A DNA stretch of 32,000 nt from an uncultured Lentisphaeria bacterium (GTDB taxonomy: Bacteria > Verrucomicrobiota > Lentisphaeria > JABSQK01 > JAJFLO01). This document shows, in pieces, positions 1 to 8,966 of this stretch; position 1 is the first letter of the stretch; every line of letters starts with the position of its first letter. The notes below the pieces were generated by a model. It made no database searches. It was not told the DNA's origin and worked only from the letters and a program-made list of their open reading frames with translations. Both the position numbers and the translations under genes were made by a program. The DNA lies in NCBI GenBank assembly GCA_951812855.1, contig OX638337.1:600001-632000 (forward strand), in the 5' to 3' direction.

Positions 1-1
1 C

Positions 2-943
2 GATCGAACGGAATCACTCTCCGTAATTCAGGCTGATGATAATGACCTGCTTTCATTATTAGGAGCTGCATTTGTTATTAGAAAAAATTTTTATGGTACA
101 AAAGTAAAACTCAATATGATAATCAATGCAAAATGCGGTCACTGCCCTGAAGATTGTGGTTATTGCTCACAGTCAATCGTATCCAAATCTAATATTAACA
201 GGCATACCTTATTAGATAAAGAAACCATTGTTAAAGGAGCGAAGAGTGCCTTGGAAAAACAGGCGGGAACCTACTGTATTGTGGCAAGTGGCCGAGGCCC
301 TACAAATAAAGAATTGGATCATGTTATTGAAGCAGTTAAAGAAATTAAAGAAACGATGCCGTTAAAAATCTGTGCATGTCTGGGCATATTAAAGGATAAA
401 CAGGCTGAAAAATTAAAAGCCGCAGGTGTCGATCGCTACAATCATAATATCAATACAAGTGCAAACCATTTTGATTCAATAACCAAAACCCATTCCTACG
501 ATGACAGAGTAAATACTGTTAACAAATCAAAATCAGCCGGTATATCCCCATGTTCAGGGGTAATTATTGGTATGGGTGAATCCGATGAGGAAATCATCAA
601 CATGGCATACGCACTAAGAGAATTAGATGCGGATTCAATTCCGATAAACTTTTTAAATCCTATAAAAGGCACGCCTTTAGAAAAACTGCATGAATTAACA
701 CCAATCAAATGCCTTAAGGTTCTGTGCCTGTTTCGTTTTGTATGTCCGGGTAAAGAAATTCGTGCGTCCGGAGGAAGAGAATTAAATTTACGATCGTTAC
801 AACCCTTTGCTTTATACCCGGCAAACTCAATTTTTATTGGGGATTACTTAACCACAGATGGTCAGGAAGCAGCACGTGATCACAAAATGATTGAAGATTT
901 AGGATTTGAAATCGAAGATCAACCCGTATCTGAACAGCTGTAA
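2..943 (+). CDS. bioB: Biotin synthase BioB (radical SAM), 5' end outside the window
   Basis: The frame is open from base 2 (DRTESLSVIQADDNDLLSLLGAAFVIRKNFYGTKVKLNMIINAK...), so the ATG at 116 in the ORF track is internal. It carries the radical-SAM CxxxCxxC motif CGHCPEDCGYC, has BioB-like sequence throughout, and is followed by bioF. Confidence 0.9.
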   Translation, partial: DRTESLSVIQADDNDLLSLLGAAFVIRKNFYGTKVKLNMIINAKCGHCPEDCGYCSQSIVSKSNINRHTLLDKETIVKGAKSALEKQAGTYCIVASGRGPTNKELDHVIEAVKEIKETMPLKICACLGILKDKQAEKLKAAGVDRYNHNINTSANHFDSITKTHSYDDRVNTVNKSKSAGISPCSGVIIGMGESDEEIINMAYALRELDADSIPINFLNPIKGTPLEKLHELTPIKCLKVLCLFRFVCPGKEIRASGGRELNLRSLQPFALYPANSIFIGDYLTTDGQEAARDHKMIEDLGFEIEDQPVSEQL

Positions 944-1008
944 CAGTATTGCCACTGTAAAATACCTAAAGAGACTAACCGTAATTTTGGGACACCGCAC
1001 GAATTCCC

Positions 1009-2190
1009 ATGTCAATACATCCACGAATAAGAGTTGATCCGTTGTCATTCATTGACCAAGAACTTTCCCGCTTAAAAGACGGCTCCCTATATCGGTCCTT
1101 AAAGGAAGCAAACACAGAGAAAAACAGTAAAATTTGCGTTGAGGGGAATCTCTTACTGAATTTTTGTTCTAACAATTATTTGGGTATCAGCGAAGAATTG
1201 GACTTGTCTAAATTTCAGTTATCTTCCTCGAACCTGGGAGGAAGTGGATCATCCAGATTGATCTCCGGTAACTCAGCACTTTATTCACAGCTGGAGCAGT
1301 CGATTGCAGATCTTAAGGGAACAGAATCCGGCCTGGTGTTCAGCTCCGGATATATGGCAAACTCAGGAATAATTCCCAGCCTTGCAGGTAAAGGAGATGC
1401 TATTTTTTCTGATCGACTCAATCACGCCAGTATAATTGATGGAATTCGGTTAAGCAGAGCAAGCCTTTTCAGATATAAACACAATGACATGGCTCACCTC
1501 GATTCCCTGTTGAACAAAGCTCAATCGTATAAATCAAAATTAATAATCAGTGAAAGCCTGTTCAGTATGGACGGGGATATTGCCCCCCTGAACACACTTG
1601 TTGAATTAAAGGAAAAATATAACGCACTGCTCATGATTGATGAAGCCCATAGTGGCGGGATTTATGGAAGCCACGGTGCCGGGTTGATAAACGAACTTGA
1701 TTTGGTAAAAGGAGTTGATATACAGATGGGCACATTCAGCAAAGCATATGGAAGTTATGGTGCCTATATTGCAGGGAAAAAAAACATGATTGAATATTTA
1801 ATCAACAAAGTGCGAAGTTTTATTTATACAACCGCATTACCGCCTCATATAATTGAATTGAATTTAAAGGCATTGGAACTGGTAAAATCACATCAATGGC
1901 GACGAGATCTGCTAAAAAAGAACAGCGAATATTTTCGTGAGGAACTGGTAAACCTTGATCTAAACATCGGAAAAAGCACGTCTCATATCATCCCGCTAAT
2001 ACTGAATGATGAGACATTCACAATCGAAACCTGTGACGCACTATGGAAATATGGAATTGCTGCAATACCGATACGCCCCCCAACAGTTCCCGGGGGTACA
2101 TCGAGAATTCGATTTTCAATTCTGGCTGCACATGACAGAAACGATCTCGAATTCTGTATCGGTAAATTAAAACAATGTTTAAAACAATAA
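1009..2190 (+). CDS. bioF: 8-amino-7-oxononanoate synthase (alpha-oxoamine synthase family, PLP-dependent)
   Basis: Motifs SGYMANSG, DEAHSGG and the PLP-lysine context GTFSKAYG are present. It has an ATG start and sits directly downstream of bioB. Confidence 0.8.
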   Translation: MSIHPRIRVDPLSFIDQELSRLKDGSLYRSLKEANTEKNSKICVEGNLLLNFCSNNYLGISEELDLSKFQLSSSNLGGSGSSRLISGNSALYSQLEQSIADLKGTESGLVFSSGYMANSGIIPSLAGKGDAIFSDRLNHASIIDGIRLSRASLFRYKHNDMAHLDSLLNKAQSYKSKLIISESLFSMDGDIAPLNTLVELKEKYNALLMIDEAHSGGIYGSHGAGLINELDLVKGVDIQMGTFSKAYGSYGAYIAGKKNMIEYLINKVRSFIYTTALPPHIIELNLKALELVKSHQWRRDLLKKNSEYFREELVNLDLNIGKSTSHIIPLILNDETFTIETCDALWKYGIAAIPIRPPTVPGGTSRIRFSILAAHDRNDLEFCIGKLKQCLKQ

Positions 2191-2218
2191 TGAAATAAGA
2201 TGATTTGAAATACCAGGA

Positions 2219-2983
2219 CTATTTTAAATCAATTGTGATTGGTGCATGGTCTGAAATTGTCATTCCACCTTCACGATGGGTATTTGCAGACTTAAACCGA
2301 TTTGAACTTGCATCATTCCCCAGTAAATAATCAATACGCCAACCCCGATTTAACTCTCTGGCTTTACCTCGATTTGACCACCAGGAATAGGGTCCGTCGA
2401 TATCACCGGATTGCTCCCTCATAAAATCATGCCATCCTGAATCAAGCAATTCCCCAAACCATTTCCTCTCATGAGGTAAAAATCCAGAATTGGTTTCATT
2501 ACTTTTTGCATAAAAGATATCTTTCTCAGTATGAGCAATATTAAGGTCTCCGCCGAGAATCGCAGGCTCATTAATTTTAGTGAACTCTTCAAGCCATGGA
2601 AAAAACAAGGCCATCCACAACTCTTTCTGCTGCTGCCGTTCCTCTCCGGAAGAACCGGAAGGCAGATAAGCATCAATGATATGGATTCCATTAATTTTTG
2701 CATGAATCAACCTGCCTTCAACATCTTTGCCATTCAATCCTGTCACAATCGAATCGACAGGGTATTTAGACCAAATTGCCGTACCCGAATAGCCTTTTCT
2801 TTCAGCAGGATTCCAATAGGTATACCATCCACCCGGGTTTCGGATATCTTCTGTTAATTGTTCAGGTGTTACTCTGATTTCCTGTAATAAAATAATATCG
2901 GGATCAATCGTGTTTATATAATCAGAATACCCTTTTCTGACAGCCGCTCTTAACCCATTAACATTCCATGAGCATATACGCAT
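2219..2983 (-). CDS. xthA: Exodeoxyribonuclease III (AP endonuclease, EEP fold)
   Basis: The N-terminus MRICSWNVNGLRA, the segments LQEIRV and GGDLNIAH, and the C-terminal SDHAPI are typical of Xth/ExoIII. Confidence 0.85.
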   Translation of the reverse strand: MRICSWNVNGLRAAVRKGYSDYINTIDPDIILLQEIRVTPEQLTEDIRNPGGWYTYWNPAERKGYSGTAIWSKYPVDSIVTGLNGKDVEGRLIHAKINGIHIIDAYLPSGSSGEERQQQKELWMALFFPWLEEFTKINEPAILGGDLNIAHTEKDIFYAKSNETNSGFLPHERKWFGELLDSGWHDFMREQSGDIDGPYSWWSNRGKARELNRGWRIDYLLGNDASSNRFKSANTHREGGMTISDHAPITIDLK

Positions 2984-3067
2984 AAGATGAATAAATAAAT
3001 TATTTATAATTAGAGATTTATGACATATTATTGAATGACGGTAATACGTAACTGCTGTAAAAAGTGT

Positions 3068-3460
3068 TTATGATATAGCTGCGATACAAGACATTTCTAT
3101 TAAAGAATTCAACGGAAGGCTCGCGACTCCGACAACCTGTCTGGCAGGCTTAACGTCAAAATTAAACGCTTTTGCATACAACTCATTTACAATAACAAAA
3201 TCTTGCATATTAATTAAAAAAATTTCGCTTTTTACCACAGAACCGAATGAGAGATTTTTTGCGTTTAAAACGGCTTCGACATTTTTTAATACCTGTGTCG
3301 CCTGATTTTTTATTCCCCCGTCAACCATATTTCCTGTTTCCGGATTGATTGGTATTTGGCCCGAAACATAAAGAAAGTTATCAACCACAATACCCTGAGA
3401 ATACGGACCTGCAGCCTTTGGTGCATAGTTGGTTTCCACTTTATCAAGTGATTTATTCAA
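3068..3460 (-). CDS. ridA: RidA/YjgF/L-PSP family reactive-intermediate deaminase
   Basis: The sequence APKAAGPYSQGIVVDNFLYVSGQIP... and the 130 aa length fit RidA. The start is TTG at 3460, with AAGGA about 8 nt upstream and an in-frame stop just beyond that. Confidence 0.85.
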   Translation of the reverse strand: MNKSLDKVETNYAPKAAGPYSQGIVVDNFLYVSGQIPINPETGNMVDGGIKNQATQVLKNVEAVLNAKNLSFGSVVKSEIFLINMQDFVIVNELYAKAFNFDVKPARQVVGVASLPLNSLIEMSCIAAIS

Positions 3461-3578
3461 AGCATATCCTTATTTAATTTCAATTTATAATAGATAAATA
3501 ATGCTTTAACTTTAAGTTACCCTTTCAAAATTGTCATTGTCATATGGATTAACTTTAAATTATATTTTAGAATAAGTT

Positions 3579-4361
3579 ATGAAAATATTAATAATTGGCG
3601 ACATCGTCGGGAAAGGTGGACGGAAAGCAGTCTGCAGTCTCGTACCTGAATTAAGAAAAGAATTTAATTGTTGTTTTTGTATTGCAAATGCCGAAAATAT
3701 CGCAGGCGGTTCCGGATTAACAAAAAAGTGTGTCGAATCGATTCGAAATGCAGGTGTCGATATCATTACTTCAGGCGATCATATTTGGAAACAAAAAATC
3801 TTCATAGAAGAAATTCGATCACTGCCTTACGTACTAAGACCGGCAAACTTCCAGATCGATCAACCCGGAAGAGGATATGGTATTTTCAATATTCCAATCG
3901 GGGGGGTAATTTGTGTAATCAATCTGATTGGACGGATCTTCATTCAACACCATGGCGACAGCCCATTTACCGTAGTTGCATCAATTCTTGAAGAAGTGAA
4001 GGATAAAGCCAATATAGTCATTGTTGATTTTCATGCCGAAGCAACAAGTGAAAAAATTGCCATGGGCCGATTCTTAGACGGGAAGGCAACAGCAATGTTT
4101 GGAACCCATACTCATGTCCAGACCGCCGATGAACGAGTCCTGCCAAATGGTACTGCCTATATCACAGACGTCGGCATGGTTGGAAGTCGTGAATCTGTAA
4201 TCGGCCGTGACATGGCAGCTGTGGTTAGAACATTTACCTCAGGTATGCCATCACACTACAAGGTCATTGAAACAAATATTCAGTTGAGCGGTGCAGTCGT
4301 TGAATTTAATCCGAAAACCGGAAAAGCAATCAGCATTGAACGAATTGTAAGGAGTAGATAA
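3579..4361 (+). CDS. ymdB: YmdB-like metallophosphoesterase (TIGR00282-type 2',3'-cyclic-nucleotide phosphodiesterase family)
   Basis: MKILIIGDIVGKGGRKAV..., IANAENIAGGSGLT, ITSGDHIW, DFHAEATSEK and GTHTHVQTADE match the metallophosphoesterase motif order. Confidence 0.8.
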   Translation: MKILIIGDIVGKGGRKAVCSLVPELRKEFNCCFCIANAENIAGGSGLTKKCVESIRNAGVDIITSGDHIWKQKIFIEEIRSLPYVLRPANFQIDQPGRGYGIFNIPIGGVICVINLIGRIFIQHHGDSPFTVVASILEEVKDKANIVIVDFHAEATSEKIAMGRFLDGKATAMFGTHTHVQTADERVLPNGTAYITDVGMVGSRESVIGRDMAAVVRTFTSGMPSHYKVIETNIQLSGAVVEFNPKTGKAISIERIVRSR

Positions 4362-4366
4362 CCAGC

Positions 4367-4825
4367 ATGATCTGCCCGAGATGCTCTTTTCAGGAAGATA
4401 AAGTAATCGACAGCAGAATGTCCAGGGAGGGAAATTCTGTTCGCAGAAGACGGGAATGCATTAAATGCAGCCATAGATTTACGACTCTTGAAGAGATAGT
4501 TCCAACAGAGTTATTTGTGATTAAACATGATCAGAGTCGGGAAGACTATAAACCCAATAAAATTAGAGAAGGAATCAGAAGAGCATGCTGGAAACGCCCG
4601 GTATCTGAAGAGCAATTTTACAATGCAGTCATCAACGTACAAACTGAGATTGATAATTTAGGAATAAGAGATGTACCAAGTGAAAAGATTGGTAAAATTA
4701 TTATGGATGAATTAAAAAAACTTGATCATGTTGCTTATGTTCGATTTGCATCTGTCTATCGACAATTTAAGGATGTAGATGGGTTTATTGACGAAATAAA
4801 AAGCCTAAAGAAAAGCGAAAAATGA
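4367..4825 (+). CDS. nrdR: Transcriptional repressor NrdR (zinc ribbon + ATP-cone)
   Basis: It has an N-terminal CPRC...CIKC zinc ribbon with VIDSR, followed by an ATP-cone segment (VIKHDQSREDYKPNKIREGIRRA ... VAYVRFASVYRQF). Length is 152 aa. Confidence 0.9.
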   Translation: MICPRCSFQEDKVIDSRMSREGNSVRRRRECIKCSHRFTTLEEIVPTELFVIKHDQSREDYKPNKIREGIRRACWKRPVSEEQFYNAVINVQTEIDNLGIRDVPSEKIGKIIMDELKKLDHVAYVRFASVYRQFKDVDGFIDEIKSLKKSEK

Positions 4826-5565
4826 TTAAACCTGTAACCGATTTAATAGTCCTGAAAGATGAAGGTAAATCAAACAGCGTATTGAGTTTTGACTTGTTAA
4901 AAGAAGAATTGCTTAACATTGTTGAAAAGAATTACCTCAATCATGAAATTATTGAGGATATTTTAAATCATGTAAAAATACTGCTCGCGGATTCGTGTCA
5001 TGAGGAAAAATGTGTTTCCCTGGTAGAAATTGAACAATTCATTGTTAGACTGCTTATTGATTCAGGCAATGATTGTCTGGCAGATGAATTGTGCAGAAAG
5101 CGAAATATTAATTCATGCCACCCTGTTAAGAGTTTAAACAAAAAGCCTGGCAGGATATTTATCAGTCAAAAAGAAGTTTATTCGTGGTTCAGCGGCAATA
5201 TCCTGCTCATATGTCAGCAAAAAATTGTCTCTATTCCATCAATCAGTCTCCTGCTGCCAATAATTCGCTTCGAAATCAATCTGGATAGTTTATTTAATCA
5301 TAGCAATAATGACTGTCTAATTGAACTTATAATTTTCCCGGAGTTCAACAAATTATGCCGCCAGATAAATTTAATAATTGCAATTATTGAAAAAAATTTA
5401 CCCCCGCACAGTGATATATTGAAGGATATCGAGTATAAAATCAAAATTTCAGTTTCACCAAAAAATGGATCGAATAACTCCATTAATTATCCGATAGCTG
5501 AACTCAAAAAAAATGCTTTAGAAATTCTTTCCTGTAATTCTCATAAAAAACTGGCTATTGTTTAG
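4822..5565 (+). CDS. Hypothetical protein with a divergent ATP-cone-like N-terminal region and an unrecognised C-terminal half
   Basis: Its ATG overlaps the nrdR stop (ATGA at 4822-4825). Residues ~10-95 (VLKDEGKSNSVLSFDLLKEELLNIVEK ... CVSLVEIEQFIVRLLIDSGNDCLADELCRKR) follow the ATP-cone pattern by eye. An uninterrupted 247-codon frame in AT-rich DNA argues that it is real. Confidence 0.5.
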   Translation: MIKPVTDLIVLKDEGKSNSVLSFDLLKEELLNIVEKNYLNHEIIEDILNHVKILLADSCHEEKCVSLVEIEQFIVRLLIDSGNDCLADELCRKRNINSCHPVKSLNKKPGRIFISQKEVYSWFSGNILLICQQKIVSIPSISLLLPIIRFEINLDSLFNHSNNDCLIELIIFPEFNKLCRQINLIIAIIEKNLPPHSDILKDIEYKIKISVSPKNGSNNSINYPIAELKKNALEILSCNSHKKLAIV

Positions 5566-5685
5566 AAGAATAAATTTCCACCGTTAATCATCAATTTAAT
5601 TTATCTTGTCTGCCAGGTATTTTTTCGCTATATCAGCCTATTAAATTTAATTGCTATCCAGGAATATCAGTTTAAAGAATTTTAA

Positions 5686-6089
5686 GCTTATATAAGACTG
5701 AGAATTGCAAATGCGGAATACACAGAGTATCACTGAATTTATTAAATAATGCAGCTGATTCCGTAAAAGAATTTCATGGAGACTCGGGAAAAGGTCGAAT
5801 CAAAGTTGAAATAGAGATGATCGACCATGGAGACGACATGCTAATTAGAATCATTGACAACGGCATGGGGATAAAGAAAGAAAGCCATGGTGAAGTGTTC
5901 GAGATGTTTCGTACAGGAAGAGGTGATCCGGGTACCGGATTGGGACTGGCAGTTTCAAGACGCATTGTTGAAAACCACAGTGGTAAAATCACGGTTGAAA
6001 GCGAAGAAAACGATGGAACGATTTTTACTGTAAAACGACCCGCCCGCCATCAGGAATCTGGTACGGGCGATGTTAACAAGACAAAATAA
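5686..6089 (+). pseudogene. Histidine kinase relic: only the HATPase_c module remains, with a frameshift in the N-box
   Basis: One frame (5686-5766) reads ...IHRVSLNLLNNAADP*. From 5760 the next frame reads SVKEFHGDSGKGRIKVEIEMIDHGDDMLIRIIDNGMGI...GTGLGLAVSRRIVENHSGKITVESEENDGTIFTV (N, G1 and G2 boxes). A single T at 5760 where TT would restore ...NAADSVKEF. No DHp/H-box or sensor region lies upstream. Confidence 0.7.
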
Positions 6090-6108
6090 TTTGATTTCAA
6101 ATTCGGTA

Positions 6109-6393
6109 TCATTCAGGTAAATTACTGAAATCATAAATTTTCTCACCGGATTTACTCCAGCCAAATTTTTCCCGTGCGACTCTCTCTATTTCCTTTAGAT
6201 CTGTTTTCAATTTATGATTCCGAATACGAACATTTTCATTTTTTTTCTGTTGTTCGAGTAACTTTTTCTCGATTTCATAGAGTTGCAATCGGGTCTTTGA
6301 ATATTCAACATAAGCTGGATAGATCATTCTAACTGACCAAATAACCAGACTTAGAACCACCATTAATTTGAAATACTTTTTTATCCGGTTCAT
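6109..6393 (-). CDS. ftsB: Septum formation initiator FtsB/DivIC-like protein
   Basis: The 94 aa protein has an N-terminal TM segment (LMVVLSLVIWSV), a coiled-coil stretch, and the C-terminal motif IERVAREKFGWSKSGEKIY typical of the FtsB/DivIC family. Confidence 0.7.
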   Translation of the reverse strand: MNRIKKYFKLMVVLSLVIWSVRMIYPAYVEYSKTRLQLYEIEKKLLEQQKKNENVRIRNHKLKTDLKEIERVAREKFGWSKSGEKIYDFSNLPE

Positions 6394-6413
6394 ATATCTA
6401 AACTATATTTTAT

Positions 6414-6436
6414 TTTACTTGTAAATTACAAGTAAA
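6414..6436. repeat. Perfect 23-bp palindrome TTTACTTGTAA-A-TTACAAGTAAA in the divergent ftsB / mreD-mrdA intergenic region (possible operator)
   Basis: Read directly from the sequence: 11-bp arms are exact reverse complements around a central A, 21 nt upstream of the ftsB-like start codon. Its presence is certain; its function is unknown. Confidence 0.4.
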
Positions 6437-6553
6437 CTATAATACCTACTTATATCGGTTCTTATTTAGAAGAGCAACAGTAATTTAAAAATTCTTATCA
6501 TTTTATTTCTAAAATTAAAGCACAATTAAAATCTTACACTTTCTCAAATATAA

Positions 6554-7072
6554 ATGGTCAGCACAACATGGATATTCATTGTTTCGATTACAATTTTTTT
6601 TATTGAACTGACATGGTCTGATTTTGGAGTAGTGTTTCCCGGTGCGTTATTTCTTTGCGTTTATTTTACAGTTGCTTATGGAACCACGTCCGGTCTTATT
6701 GCGGGAGCTTCAGTATGTATTGCAATCGAATTTTTTTTCAACCGAAATGCAACCGCTTTACCGTTGCTGATTTTTCTAGTTTCATATGGCCGAATTTTGC
6801 GCAGCCTTGGAGATCGGCGGTCAGTAATACCACAATTCTTTTCTGGTGCTGTTACCGGGTTGATATATTATTCATATACATTCTATACAGAAAATTTTTC
6901 CATTGTTGTTCAACTCTTTCCACAGCTGACGTTTAACGTAATTCCGTTAATTACAACGTTATTGATATCAGCATTTATGTATCCGCTATTAATTTATGTT
7001 TTAGACAGGTTTTCTTCGAATCTTGGACTAAACACTTTCAGCATGCAGCAAAGAGTTCACTACCGCCCATGA
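6554..7072 (+). CDS. mreD: Polytopic membrane protein, probable rod-shape protein MreD
   Basis: The 172 aa protein has about 5 hydrophobic segments and no soluble domain. Its stop overlaps the PBP2 start (ATGA at 7069-7072). The assignment rests mainly on size, topology and position, not on motifs. Confidence 0.5.
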   Translation: MVSTTWIFIVSITIFFIELTWSDFGVVFPGALFLCVYFTVAYGTTSGLIAGASVCIAIEFFFNRNATALPLLIFLVSYGRILRSLGDRRSVIPQFFSGAVTGLIYYSYTFYTENFSIVVQLFPQLTFNVIPLITTLLISAFMYPLLIYVLDRFSSNLGLNTFSMQQRVHYRP

Positions 7073-8865
7073 CATTAGATAAAATATATAAAGGGTTAAC
7101 CATAAGGATATTAGCTATCTACGGATGCTCATGCCTACTGATGCTTGCTCTTATTTTCAGGCTTTGGAACGAACAATTACGATCTGGTAAAATACACAAC
7201 AAATCGATTTCAAAACAAAGTATTAGACGAATTCGGATCCCTCCGATAAGAGGCCGAATTATTAGTAAAGATGGGCAAATATTCGCAGAAAATAAACCGA
7301 CATTTGATGTCAATTTTCACATTCACGAATTGCGACAACCCGGTAAATTTGGCAGAAGTAAAACTATTAAACACCTGTATGAACAAATATATAGAACTTC
7401 CAAAATTATCGGCAGGAAGCTGACAATAACGGATGCTGAAATTAATCGACATTTTCATGTCTATCCTGCGCTTCCATTTAAAGCGTTTACAAATTTGGAT
7501 AACACTGAATTGGCAAGACTCTATGAAGTCATTCCCGGAATACCCGGTTTAGAAATTTCCACAAGTATTAAACGCATATATCCAATGAATGACATATGTG
7601 CTCACTTTGTTGGTTTCGTCGGGAAGCAAGATCCTAATTTTGTGAATGATAGAGATGATTATTCCTACTACCTTCCGGAATTAACGGGAAGAACCGGACT
7701 TGAGCGGATTTTTAATGATCAATTAAAAGGTACAGGGGGGAGTAAACTTGCACGCGTTGACAGTCTCGGTTTTTTTTACGAAGAAACTGCAGAAAAACAA
7801 AAAGCGGTTTCTGGAAACGATATTATCCTCACAATTGACAGTAATGCCCAATATATTGCCCAAAAATTAATAGATGGTCGTCGAGGTGCAATTGTATTAC
7901 TGGACTGTAATAAAGGATCTATACTGGCAATAGCTTCGTCCCCAACCTATAATCTCAATAGAATAAGTGAGAATTACTCAACCCTTGCAAAAGACAATGT
8001 AAATCGTCCTCTGGTAAATCGTGCGATTTCAGGTGGATATATGCCTGGTTCGATAATAAAACCCCTGACCGCTCTGGCTCTTTTGGAATACAATCTGGCA
8101 AGTCCTGCCGAACTCTATAATTGTACCGGTTATTCCAGAATTGGTGATGCAAAAATAAAATGTGCACATACCAGCGGTCATGGTGAGATAAATATCTTTC
8201 AGGCGATTGAGAGTTCATGCAATCCCTACTTTATCGATAAATCTTTATCGCTGGGAATTGATCGGCTAAGAGTGTTATTTGAAAAAGCCGGCATTGGCCA
8301 AAATACTGGTTTTGAAATTCCAGCGAGCGGATCCAAAGGGTTAGTTCCAGACAGACAATTAAAATTAAGACGGCAAAGACAGAGCTGGAACGCATTTGAT
8401 ACAGGTTTGGTTTCAATCGGCCAGGGGTTAATAAGTATCAGTCCATTGCAGGCAGCAATGTTTACTGCTGCAATTGCCAATGGAGGTACCGTATATCAAC
8501 CATCAATAATTCACTCGATTATAGACAGTGGTGGAAATCAAGTTAAAAAATTTAACCCATCGATAAACTCAAGACTAAACATTTCCACTCAGTCATTACA
8601 AATTGTTCAACAGGGAATGATTAATGTAATCAAAAGTAACCACGCAACCGGATATCAGGCTGCAAACTCTAAAATTGAGCTTGCCGGAAAAACCGGGACC
8701 GCAGAAGTCGGTTTCGGCAGAAACAAAAAAAAGAATACCTGGTTCGTATGCTATGGCCCCGTTAATAAACCTGTTTATGCTATGGCTGTTTTAGTTGAGG
8801 AAGGTGAATCCGGCGGAGAAACCTGTGCTCCTTTGGCAAGATTATTTTTTGAATCATTTTTATAA
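7069..8865 (+). CDS. mrdA: Penicillin-binding protein 2 (elongasome transpeptidase)
   Basis: It has an N-terminal TM anchor and the transpeptidase triad SxxK (GSIIKP), SxN (SSCNPYF) and KTG (GKTGTA). Length and dimerisation-domain layout are PBP2-like. Confidence 0.85.
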   Translation: MTLDKIYKGLTIRILAIYGCSCLLMLALIFRLWNEQLRSGKIHNKSISKQSIRRIRIPPIRGRIISKDGQIFAENKPTFDVNFHIHELRQPGKFGRSKTIKHLYEQIYRTSKIIGRKLTITDAEINRHFHVYPALPFKAFTNLDNTELARLYEVIPGIPGLEISTSIKRIYPMNDICAHFVGFVGKQDPNFVNDRDDYSYYLPELTGRTGLERIFNDQLKGTGGSKLARVDSLGFFYEETAEKQKAVSGNDIILTIDSNAQYIAQKLIDGRRGAIVLLDCNKGSILAIASSPTYNLNRISENYSTLAKDNVNRPLVNRAISGGYMPGSIIKPLTALALLEYNLASPAELYNCTGYSRIGDAKIKCAHTSGHGEINIFQAIESSCNPYFIDKSLSLGIDRLRVLFEKAGIGQNTGFEIPASGSKGLVPDRQLKLRRQRQSWNAFDTGLVSIGQGLISISPLQAAMFTAAIANGGTVYQPSIIHSIIDSGGNQVKKFNPSINSRLNISTQSLQIVQQGMINVIKSNHATGYQAANSKIELAGKTGTAEVGFGRNKKKNTWFVCYGPVNKPVYAMAVLVEEGESGGETCAPLARLFFESFL

Positions 8866-8966
8866 AGAGAAATTATTGAAACTTCAACATCTTCAGAATT
8901 TCGCTTTCAAAACAGAAATTTTCGACTGATACTAACTTAAAATAACATAAGCAACTTCTATAAAAA

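Noticed and set aside
5817-6089. Treating the 90 aa ORF (and likewise 10187..10411, 26514..26744, 27138..27326, 28697..28888 and 19996..20181) as stand-alone small proteins.
   Set aside because: Each is a fragment of a larger recognisable domain whose remaining parts lie in adjacent frames or are deleted. They are annotated as pseudogene pieces instead.
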